Below are positions 41,122 to 51,722 of a stretch of DNA of 64,000 nt, one piece after another; position 1 is the stretch's first letter, and each line of letters starts with the position of its first letter. The translations under genes and the position numbers were made by a program. Origin of the DNA: Lama glama (lineage: Eukaryota). Location of the stretch: contig CM052817.1 in assembly GCA_028534125.1 (NCBI GenBank), positions 14,386,001 through 14,450,000 on the forward strand, written 5' to 3'. The notes below the pieces were generated by a model. It had not been told where the DNA came from. It searched no databases and saw only the letters and a list, made by a program, of their open reading frames with translations.

Positions 41122-41585
41122 TATTGGTTCTCAAACTCAGGAGCTTCCCATGTGAAATTTGAAACTGAGCCCCATACCCAGAGGGCAAGGAGGGAGGGAA
41201 GAAAGAGGCGGACCACTCCAGATGGCAGGTCGAATAAGCAAAGGACCTTACATACAAGGCTTGTCTTGAGTGATGGCAAGACTGTAGATCTCCACACCCA
41301 CCCAGCAGATTCTTCAAAGTTTATCGAGAGGTCTTAACTGGGTTCAGTCATGTGTACCACGCAGATGATCTCAACAACACGTTACTCTTTCAAGGCTGAG
41401 CCCTTGAAGGTGGCTCAGGTGGTGGAACAGCGGGCAGAACTTACATTCCAAGGGGGGAGGAGGGGGTGAAGAGCTTGTAATTGTCCAGGTCAGCTCGTGG
41501 GTCAACCTGCTGGCCACGTCCTCTCCATGACCTCCTCCAGTAACTCCTGAAATACACTTCCCTCCCCACTTTTCTGTAGGTTACA
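41122..41585 (-). mobile_element. ERV-type solo LTR (ERVL-like), same orientation as KCNIP4
   Basis: The minus strand reads tgtaacctacag...ccccccttggaatg...gactgaacccagttaagacctc...ggagatctacagtcttg...caagacaagcc...ctggagtggtccgcctctttctt...gagaacca. This resembles laurasiatherian ERVL-class LTRs from memory. The subfamily is not assigned and the ends are approximate. Confidence 0.65.
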
Positions 41586-42234
41586 TCACATAACTTTTGC
41601 CATTCCTAAGTTAGATGGCACAAATTAAGGACACAGTGAATAATTTTGTGAGTCTTTTTTCCCTCTGACCTCATTTCTGATTCTCTTTCGAATACACTAT
41701 TGAGTTATCATCTCCCTCTGTCTCTCCACTGGTCTCAGGAGATTTGATTTTATCACAGGGGAGCAAACTAAATCAGTATGAAAACTTCTCTACTTGTATG
41801 CAGTCGTTAACAACATGGCCATTTTCTACTCCGCAGTACTGAGTGTCCACTATAGTGACTTAGAAGTGGTGTTAATCAGTTAGCGTATTAAATGCATTAC
41901 CTGTTGAAAAGCGAGAACTTTTTAGCTATATAGTTTTATAAAGTTTCAGCAACACAACTCAGCCCTGCTCCCATCTCTCCTGCATTTCCCTCCCTACTTT
42001 CACTTTAATGTAGTTTTCTCCTATGTCTCTCAAGCAAATTTTCACAGTATTCTGGCTCTAGAGTTACATCATAAAATAAACACAGAGACACGTACACACT
42101 TCTCCAATTCTAGGTTTCTCTCTCATCTTTATACATTCCTCTCAGTTGGATCCTCCAGTTAAATTTTGTTTAGATTCCGATGAAATCATTTTATAAACTT
42201 CCACCCAAGAGGCAGATATTCAAGAGAAAAGCAT

Positions 42235-42285
42235 CACCAGAAACTAGCACAACATTGTAAATCAACAGTACTTCAATTAAAAAAG
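42235..42285 (+). mobile_element. Extremely 5'-truncated L1 3' tail (~50 bp)
   Basis: caccagaaactagcacaacattgtaaatcaacagtacttcaattaaaaaag resembles the L1 termini at ~4000-4040 and ~11525-11575. Confidence 0.75.
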
Positions 42286-44199
42286 AAGTTATGCCAATGT
42301 CCCACTTAACGTGAAAGTAAACAAGCAGTCAGGAGCTATCGTTTTAAAACAAAACTGAGACTAGAGTTGAAACCTTTAGAAATGACAGTCTTTTCTCATC
42401 GCAGGATTAGTAAGGACTACCCTGTATCTGAGCACAAATCACCAAAGTACTAACGCTTAGGTTTGCTGAGAACATAGTACATCTTTGGGAATGGTTTTCT
42501 AATATAAACCTCCAAACGATTACACCAAGAACGGAAAAAGATGCTCCAAAGATTTTCTTTCTTTAGTCTTGATATATAACAATTAACTCTAAAAATGTGT
42601 GAATACAATTCAAGAAACACGTGTCAAATCAAATCAAGCCAGGAAACGCTTCCCTCTTGGTCTCACCTGAGCCAGGATACAAATCAACATCTTCCTATTC
42701 TCCAGAGGAACAATGAACTCACACTGATTCTAGAGACGGTACTAAAAGTTTTTTTATTAATCCATCACACTCCCCAGACGTGTTTTCACCTTTCTCATTT
42801 TATCAACAGGTAGAGATTGCGGCCACCTATGGCATGTGTGAATAGACCAGACATGCTGACTCAATCCCCATCTGGCCAATTAAAGACTAGGCCCAGCCAA
42901 AAAGCTACCATCGCTGAGCGGCCAAACAATGCAAGCCACCCAGTTCCCCAGACTTAAGCTCCTACAGCCCCCCTGTCTTTTGAGTGCCTACTGTTGCCTC
43001 GTGCCTGAGTGGCAGTACTGGAAAAAATAGCCCATTCCTTACCCTATTCTGAGTCAAAGGAACTACAAAGACAGAGACCCTATGAACTCAACAACCACTC
43101 AGCCCTCTACACGTAAACTGCCTTTCTGAAAAGTTCAATCTCTTAAAGGTTCTGAGTGTCCCCCATAAGATAGATCCTAGACGTCCTTGGCTTTGCAATG
43201 AGCAGCAGCTATTGCCACAAGGGAAACCTGAGCTAAACATCGTTACAAGTCTACTTTGGGGCTTTAAAGGTGATGGTCATATTTTTTCCAGCCTATGAAG
43301 GACTTTTTCTTTAAAATTTCACATTCAATTAAGACTAAAGTCCTCCCAGTTACAATAACCTGAACTATTGGAGGGAAGGTAAGAAAGGGCACTTGTCTGT
43401 ATCTCACTGTCCATACATTCGAGTGATGGACTCAAGCTGCTCAGGTCACTCTACTTCCCTGGATATGAACACGAAGAATGTGGAAATGCCTCTTTCCTTG
43501 CAACTTTACAGCCTTCAAGCACAAGTTTTTCATCCCGTAAATCCAAAGTATGCTGTAGCCATGTGTGACCCTGCATCTTACATAATCGGGGAAAGGTCCA
43601 GCTCTTCATCACTCTCAGGTTCGCTATAACCACCTTCACTCGATTTACGGCTTCTCTGAAAAACTGTACACATCAAAACCACCTGAAAACAAACCAATTC
43701 AACCGGAAGAGGCTTTATCTGGGTGGAGGGAGAGGGGAGGAGATACTGTCCCGTATTTCGCTATGGATACCACTGAACTGATCAAAACATGTCTTCTCCC
43801 TGCTTTTGCAAAATGCAGGATACTCTCAGAAAGCCAAGCTCCTTGCAGAGTACCTTTCCAAGACTCTACTGTGTATAAATTATTTCCAAGTGTCACTGAG
43901 GACCATATCCTCTGAAGACACTAAATTGAAGCTGGCAATAAAACAAGGCACACGGTCCTGTTGAAGAACCTGACCTGGGAAACATTCCACCTGTATACTA
44001 CCAGGGAACGAAAATAGAGTTTTAATGAAGAAATGCTTGGGAGGATACAGGCGACGTGGAGGGAGCGGATCAATACCATTTCAGCTCATTTACCCCCAGG
44101 TGTTAGGGGAAGGAAGTGTGTGGTCTGAAGTCGTCTGGAGGATGCACAAACAACCACGGGAAATTTTCAGAGAAGGCAAAAGTAGGTACAGGATCGCAG

Positions 44200-45125
44200 G
44201 GGACCCTGCCACCAGCGAGTTTCACTCACACTTCAAACATCCCTTCTTCCCCGACCTGGACCTCGCATGCACCCCCTCTCCTTCGCACCCCCATTCCCGC
44301 CGCTGCCACCTCCCATTCCCAGACCCGCCCAGGTGACGGTCTCTCATGCAACAAAGGCAACAAGCGTCCCCAGCCAGCCGAGGAAGGGGTCCCCATCTCA
44401 GCTTGCGAGGGAAAGAGGATGGAAGCGGGGCGCCCGCTCCAGTGCTTATCGCATCCTACCGCCTGTGGAGCTCGCCTCCTCCAGCTGAGCCGAGATGCTT
44501 TCCACCCTCCTCACATTCATCTTTGGGGACGCAGGGTGCAGGAGAGGTGCTCGAGGGTCAACCGGCCCAGGGGCGTCTGGCGATGGGTCTGGCACCAGAG
44601 CGCGCTCGCCGCTCGGCCCGGGGCGTCCGCCGCGCTGGGAGCGAGAGAGCCGGCCGCGGCGGCGGTGGCGGCGGGCCAGGCGCGCGGAGCGGGCTGCAGG
44701 TGCGGGCGGAGGCCGGCGGGGGGCGCCGGGGGCGCTGGGCGGCGCTGGGCGGCGGGGGCGCGCGGGCGGGCTGCGAGCGGGAGCGGGAGCGGGGAGCCTG
44801 GAGCCGGAGCAGGCGCCCCCTCCCCTCGCCCGCCCTCACGTCGCCCCTGCCACCTGCTGCCGAGTCACCGGCGGGGGGGCTGGCGCGGGGGCTCTGGCGA
44901 CCGAGCAGCCGGACCCTAAAGAGACCGGAGGCGACTCGAGAGTTGCCAGCGGGCTGTGAGCTGCGCCTCGCGGACCCCGTCTTGCTGCGCGCAGCGCCGG
45001 GCCGTGCGGAGGGGCTCGAGGGCACCGCGCCTTCGCACCGAACGCGCGGCTGGGTCCCCCAGCGCCTCAGACTCGGAAGGCTACACCCGCCACGTTGCTG
45101 CGCAAAGTTAGACTGAGTTCGAAGG
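44200..45125 (-). promoter_or_regulatory. KCNIP4: CpG island: KCNIP4 promoter and 5' UTR
   Basis: Abrupt very GC- and CpG-rich block (core ~44550-45110) in an AT-rich background. It has several GGGCGG/CCGCCC boxes, no obvious TATA box, and no minus-strand ATG upstream of 44520 within the island. The exact TSS cannot be read from sequence. Confidence 0.9.
44460..44520 (-). CDS. KCNIP4: KCNIP4 (KChIP4) first coding exon, 61 coding nt, phase-1 donor
   Basis: The reverse complement reads ATG AAT GTG AGG AGG GTG GAA AGC ATC TCG GCT CAG CTG GAG GAG GCG AGC TCC ACA GGC G|gtagga = MNVRRVESISAQLEEASSTG. I recognise this as the N-terminus of mammalian KChIP4 isoform 1. The ATG has A at -3 (ccccaaagATG), a GT donor starts at 44459, and the exon lies in a CpG island. 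Confidence 0.96.
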
Positions 45126-46221
45126 ACACCAGAAGGCAAGTGCAAGGAGATGCCCTTCTCCAGAACCGGGCAGAGCGCCAGGAAGTCCTGGAACTCCTAG
45201 ACAGGAAGCTTTCCCAACTGAAGCTAGAACCAGTCTTGGGACTTGGCTAGGTGTTGGGAAAGGCTGGCTCTTGACACCAAGGTGTGCGGGGCAAGGCTGA
45301 AATGAGGATGCCACTTGGAGAGAGAGAATGGAGGAGTCTGGGAGGCATTTCAGACAGGCATCCATGGGGAAAGTTTTATCTGAGGGCTCCCTGGCAGCTC
45401 CACAGGAAGCTAGCGCTCACCGCCCCGTGGGCATTCATCACGCAGTGTCATTTGCCCTCTTAACAAAACCAAAGCCTGGAGCATTTAGAAAGATAAAGAC
45501 AAATCAGTAAACCACTTGTAGCCATGGTTACTACCTGAGAAAACCAAAATTAAAATGCTGATTTCTCTGTCCCCAAGAGTCAAGTGTCCGAAGCATCTTT
45601 TGAGAAATAAGGTCAAGTTGACCGGTTCTCTATTTTAACCGAAATAAAATTCCCTCCCACTCTCAATTGCTCAATTGGCCATGATTTGGATGGAATCCTT
45701 TTCCAAGTGTTTGGAAAACTATCCATTCTTCCTGTCCTGCCACCCCACCCCCACCCTTAGACACTTCCACCAGCTGAAACCTTGCTCCTTACTCCAAGAA
45801 CGGTTCAGCTGACACTTCCTTGCTCTTCTTCCCAACCCCGATCCCACGAGTGACTCACTTGATCTCTTGTGATGCCTCTTACTTTCCTTTCAGTTCATGG
45901 CTAAGATGAGTGATACTGATACCATCATCACCTGGGTTAAAATCCTAGTCTACTACTTACTAATTTTGCAACCTGGTGCAAATTATTTACATCAGTTGTA
46001 ACAACGGGATAATAATGTTACCTATTTTATTGGTTTGTTGTGAGGAGGATTTAAGGGAACTGATAGATGTCAAGGGCTTAGGGCCGTGCCTGGCACACAG
46101 GAATCTGTAATTCTGCAGCAACTCCTTCCAGAAACCACTCTCCTAACTTTTACTCTATAGATGATCACTAACACCTGTCCAGCTCTAAATTCTATCATTT
46201 TCTATCACATAACTTCTAAAG

Positions 46222-46445
46222 CTGTGTGGACTTGGGTCCAGCAGACTGGGTCAGAATCCCACTTCCAACTGTTACTAGTTGTATGTCCAAGGGCTAGTAA
46301 CTTAACCTCCCTTTCTCATCTCTGAAAGGTAGACAATAAAGGTGTCTACTTCAACTAACTGTTGGAAAGATTAAATGAAGCAACATACGCAAAGTGTTTA
46401 GCAAGGTTCCCGGCATATGGGGACAGCTCAGTGGGAGCTACCATT
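46222..46445 (+). mobile_element. MIR SINE
   Basis: ctgggtcagaatcccacttcc...taacttaacctccctttctcatctctgaaagg...gattaaatgaagc...gcaaagtgtttagc. Confidence 0.8.
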
Positions 46446-47744
46446 ATACCACCCTGATAGTCTGCTGTCATCATCATCATCATCTTATTTTTTCATGATG
46501 CACTCAAAGAAGAAAAGGCATCAGGTCTGCCCAACCTTCCTTCACAGTGTGGGAAATAATATACAACTCCTCTTCCATCTGCAAAATACATAGACTATTT
46601 TGTTGGGCCAACCCACTTCTCAAGGTTTTATCCAATGAGTATCTGTCTATTTTGATCCTACTAGGTGTTTGTCCCTGGACTAGTGATAAAGATGGCAACA
46701 AAATCGGGTAAACACTGTGCTCAAGAACAACTTTGCAGTAAATTGTTTCCAAAATACTTGCAATCTTGGGATCGTGGCTATTATGAAATGAATTTCGTTA
46801 TGCTGAAAGAACCTCTTTATGTGGATCCTCAGTCATTGCCAAATATCACTGGGAAAATCATCTTTTTGCTGCCACCTTTACTGTCATTTCTGATAATTGG
46901 GACTGAAGGGCCACAGTGACTCTGCCTTGCTTATACCGTATTATTGGCGCTTCGTATGTCCCAAATGGTTATACAGAAGAGATTCAAATGCCACAGCACA
47001 TTGTACCAGCCCACTGCCCCTCCTTAAAAGCTGCAGCAATCCCAGCTCCCCTCCACCGCTTCAGTCCCCCAAGACATAAGCACGGAAGTTCCTACATCTT
47101 CCATGACCAAACCTCTATTACTCTCTGGGTAACATGAATGCATACTGTCCCCTCAAGGAAATCTTAAAAAATGGATGGAGACGTAGTAAACTCGCTATAT
47201 GCTAGCCTTTAATCCCAGATTTTATGAACATTATTTAATCTTTACAAAACACTAAGAGATAAGCACTGTTGTCATCCGTATTTAACTAGCAAAGATATAA
47301 CAACTCAGGCGGGTGAACTGGTTTGCCAACTTTTCACCAACAGTAATCAGTATTTCTGAGATGGGGACCCACCAGTCTGACTCAAGAGCCCTCAAACTTA
47401 ATTACTACACTGAACTGTCACCCTGGACTAGGATTTACAGACTCTGAGCTCTGACATTTCCCAGCTCTGTGTCCTTCCGAAATTTGCTGATTGTTTCTAA
47501 GCATCCATGCCTCATCTGTTCAAAGAGGAATTTCTGCTTTGCAAGGTCACTGTCAGGATCAAGTCAGGTAACGAAAGAGAAGCTATATATAAACCCTGGA
47601 ATGTTGTAGCAGGATTACTTTTTTCATTGGCTTGATATTTTATTGCCTATTACTTTTATTGTCTTTTCCTTGCTGAAAGCCCCTCCCATTTCAGCACAAT
47701 TTTCCCTTGCTCACCAGAACTTAAGCAACATCAATAAAAGAAAA

Positions 47745-47995
47745 TTCTAGTATTTAGTATTTATTGAGCACTTACTATGCATGCTCCGGGTTAAAAACCC
47801 TGCGTCAGCATATCACTTAATACTCAGAAGAACCACTTTACAGAGGTGTTCTTATCCTGATTTTAAAATGAGACTAAGAGTCAGAGACGCTGAATAGAGG
47901 GTAAGGAGCCCAAGATCGGCAGGCTGTGAAGAGGTACAGCTGAGGTTTGAACCCACATTTATCTGGTCACAGAACTAGAGCTTTCAGTTTCTACG
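47745..47995 (-). mobile_element. MIR SINE
   Basis: atttattgagcacttactatgc...tcctgattttaaaatgagactaagagtcagagacg...gaggtttgaacccac. Confidence 0.8.
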
Positions 47996-48124
47996 TGATG
48001 GCTCTGAAACCACAGCTCAAACAAGAATCACCAAAAGGGTTGATTTGAAAGCACTTATGCTCCAGCCTCCAAGATTCACTAAGTTTGGGGTAAAGGTCTT
48101 GGAATCTAATTATTTTTTAACTAA

Positions 48125-48306
48125 AAATTTTTATTTTTTTAAAGCAGCTTTAGGCTTACAGAAAAATTGAGCAAAAAGCACACAGTTTCCACACACCTCC
48201 TCTCCCCCTGCCCAGTTTTCCCTGTTATTAACATCTTGCATTAGTGTGGCACATTTGTTACAAATGAACCAACAAGACACTGTTATTAACTAAAGTCCAC
48301 AGTTTC
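48125..48306 (-). mobile_element. L1MC-like 3' end
   Basis: agcagctttaggcttacagaaaaattgagc...cctgttattaacatcttgcattagtgtggcacatttgttacaa...taactaaagtccacagttt. Confidence 0.8.
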
Positions 48307-48311
48307 AGATA

Positions 48312-48544
48312 GAACTGGTGGCCTTATAAAAAGGAGGAGAGTGAGCGATCCCTCAGAGGGAAGGCCAGATGAGGACAAAGCCACCATCTGCAAGCCAGGA
48401 AGAGAGCCTTCCCCAGAAGCCAAACCTGCCCTAACCCTGATCTTGGACTTCTAGTCTCCAGAACTGTGAAAAAATAAAGTCCTGTTGTCTAAGCCATGCA
48501 GTCTATGGAATTTTGTTATGGTAGCTCCAGCAGACTAATAGACA
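48312..48544 (+). mobile_element. MaLR LTR 3' fragment (MLT1B-like)
   Basis: catctgcaagccaggaagagagcc...tcttggacttctagtctccagaactgtga...ttgttatggtagc...gactaata. Confidence 0.8.
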
Positions 48545-51267
48545 CCCCAAGACCGTATTTTGAGAAGTCACTACCCTGTAGCAGAGGTAACCGAAGTGTG
48601 GTCTGCAGTCCAGCACCTGCGGCATCTAGGAGCTTTTCAGAAATTCAGGATTTGTGGCCCCTTTTTAATATCACCATCAAGTGGTTCCAGGTATGCAGAT
48701 CAAAATGAGGCACTGTACATCAAGACAGTTACATTTACTGCCTCCTTGGAGGCACCCAGTGCTCCCTGAGCATGAGAGGAGGCTGGTCTTATAATCACAA
48801 CCAGTTCACTGCACTTCCCCCCAAGTGGGATGACCCTGCTTAATTTTTGTGTCAGTCTCTACTCAGATGGATATAATTGTTTATTGTCTCATTCGGTTTC
48901 AAGCAGCAAATATCCACAGCCTTGATCATCTGACTACACCTGAAATTGCTTTGCGATTCTTGATCTCTCATAATAATCAGGGAAAACAATCTACCTTGAG
49001 GTCCTCCCATTAATATGCCACAATGAGATAAAAATGAGGTAACCGTTTTGGGGCAGAAAGCTGAAATCTGACATTCCTCTAGGATTTCTATATTCAGTAG
49101 CTGGCGTGGTATTTACAACTCTGAAAGGTGGACAGGTCAGATTTTATTACCCCATTTTGCAGATGAAAAAAACTAAAGCCCATGGAAAGTAAGCTACTTA
49201 CTCAAATTTTCACAAGGAGCATGGGATACAGCCAGGACACAAACCTTCATCATCTGACATCCTCCAACACTCAGTGCTATAAGCCTTGCCAAGTTTATAT
49301 AAGCTGGAGTCCTGCCAAATGAACTGCAATTCTCTCAGCACCAAAATTCAGATTTGCCTTGCAACTTCGTCCTCAGGATAAGTCCATTTATAAATACAAA
49401 GTTATTATATCGCTTAGCTGCATTTCCCCTGACTTGCGGACTTCAGGAAATCCATGACACTCTACGTGGCAGGAGAGGTGATTAGGGGATTTGCTTTGGA
49501 ATAGAAACTTATTTAACCTGGGAGTCCTGCAACAACTTTAAGTTAAATCATTAAGGAAGTGAATGCTGGAAAGGCTTTACCTAAATTCCATATCTCTAGG
49601 TTCTGTATTTAAACTGTGTGCTCTAATTGGGGGATATGTTCATTAAATTCCACACCACCTTATACCTTTTATCCTTGTATTTTCTTTAACTGCTCTTTGT
49701 GCTGCCTTTAGACAAAAAGTGAGCTCTTGTGGAATAAGAATCTGCTAGGTTATCTATTAGCAGTTTGAATGAAACTTTAAAAATGATTTCACTGTAACTG
49801 AGTGGACCTATTTCTAGAGTGCTCTTTTTAATCAAAAGTTAGACATAGCTGAAGACCGAATTTCACTCTAAAGAACTAATTTTTTTCAAATACCTGAATC
49901 AAACAGATTAAAGGAGAAAAATGCATTTCTTTGTTTATGTGTGTGTGGTTTTTATTTTTTATAATATTTTATTATTTTATAATATTTTTGCATTATATTG
50001 TTGATAAGGAATTTAACTTGATATAGTTAAGATTTTTCAAAAAATTAACATTTTTAACTTATGTTCAATTTTTTGTCTTAAAATGTATTAGTAAAATTAA
50101 AATTCTTTCTGTAAGTTAGAAATGTTACAGGGAAAACAAGAATCTACTTTTTTCAGATTAAGGTTAAAAAAAAAAAACTGGCCACAGTTCTGAGCATGGG
50201 TAACTCAAAAGTAGGTTTGACAATCTGTCAAAATTGAATAGTGAAAGTGTTGCATGACACTTGTCAAAATAGATGAAGTAGTTGATGCTCAAGTTCGGGT
50301 GTTAGTTAACAACCTGTCAACAGATGGACAAAGGAGAGGACAAAGGAAGACTGAGTGGGACCTTCAAAGTCTCAATGCCATTAGATTTTGAGAAGCCCAG
50401 AATCTTTTGAATGGGTGAGGTTAACAAATGGTATCAAACAATGAAAATCTAACTATGTTGGGATGGTGAGTGCTTATAAAACAAGCACGTTCAGATGTGA
50501 AGTGTTCGGGGAAATGCGATGGAAGTTACATTCTAATCATGGTGGCAAACACCAATTGGCAAATTTAGTGAGAACTCAGGGCATGGCTGGAGAACTTTTA
50601 GATAAAGAGATAAGGTTGTGCTGTGACTGGACTACTGAGGAACAAGGTTATCTGACATGACAAGTCATTCATATTTTGTTTCCTTTATTGACTTTTGGTA
50701 AGGACCTAAATTTTATTCACAGCAATTAGAATAGCTATCAAAATATTCTCCTCCATTCATTCATGTATAGCCAAAGTTTAGTGAAACAAAATTCATAAAT
50801 TATTTGAACAATCTCTTTTCCCCGCAGGAAAAGGAATACTTGGGTGGGTAAATTAGCATAACTGCGTAAGTAGCAATAAGATTATACTGGGAAAATGTTG
50901 GTAGCGGATTAGTGTTGATATTATCAACTTCAATATTCTTAATGATATACAGAGGTCAGACTGACGGATATGTGCAAATGACTAGGCACATTTCATCATC
51001 TCTGAACCCGACTTCTTTACTTATAAGCAGGTGCTCTGCTCATCAACCAAATCTCAAGAGGGTTTATTCATCCATTCAACATGTATCAAGTCAGGCACTG
51101 CGTTACGTAATGGAAGAAAGTGGAAAGCCCCTGCCTTCGAGGAGCTGGCAGTCAGGAGTGGCCCCAGACAAGTACGTAAACAATGCAGCAAGAAGAGGGA
51201 ATTGCTGCACTTTGGAAGTGCACAGGCAGGTGTTAATGTATCTAACCCTCATAACCCCGTAAGAGCA

Positions 51268-51722
51268 TGTATCAGTTTTGCCATATAAGAAAGCTCCCCT
51301 CAAACTTAGTGGCGTCACATAGCAATCATTCAGCTTGCAGTTCTGTGGTCTGCCAGCTTAGGTGGTGCTCAGTCAGGCTTCTCATGCCTCCGTGGTCCGC
51401 TGGCAGTGATGTAGCCATCTCACATGGCATGCAGTTGGCTGAGTTGTGGGGATAACTGGACCCTCTCTCCAGCAGACTAGCCTGGATTTGTTCAACTGGT
51501 GATGGTTGCAGAGTTCTTAAGAGCAGCTGCAGAGTAGGTGCCACTGCACAACACTTTTTAATCCTCTGTTGAGGACACATTTGCTACTGTCCATTGGCTG
51601 TGTCAAGTCACCAAGCCAGTTCAGATTCAAGGGATGAAGGAAGCCTCTACCTTTGAAGGGGGAAATTACAAAGGCTATAAACAGGGAGGGGAAGAGTTTG
51701 TGACCTCTTTCTCAACCTACCA
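51268..51722 (-). mobile_element. Old MaLR LTR (MLT1H-like)
   Basis: tgtatcagttttgc...ctcaaacttagtggc...ccattggctgtgtcaagtcaccaagccagttcagattcaaggg...caacctacca. Confidence 0.65.

Larger units (their letters stand above)
1..44459 (-). other. KCNIP4: 5' part of KCNIP4 intron 1
   Basis: Lies downstream of the exon-1 donor. I did not recognise KChIP4 exon 2 (FLYAQN...KRSIKERLMKLLPCS) or EF-hand exons here, consistent with the known very long first intron. Continuity is assumed across three N gaps. Confidence 0.8.

Noticed and set aside
1..44459. Alternative KCNIP4 first exons (e.g. KChIP4a MNLEGLEMIAVLIVIV...) and reported human intronic ncRNAs
   Set aside because: I recognised no matching peptide or sequence by eye or in the ORF track. 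A tBLASTn/BLASTn search would be needed to exclude them.
44116..45145. Long overlapping ORFs (267, 256, 195, 154 aa) on both strands
   Set aside because: Ala/Gly/Arg/Pro-rich frames arise from stop-codon scarcity in a CpG island. None resembles a known protein, and the real exon is in a different, short frame.
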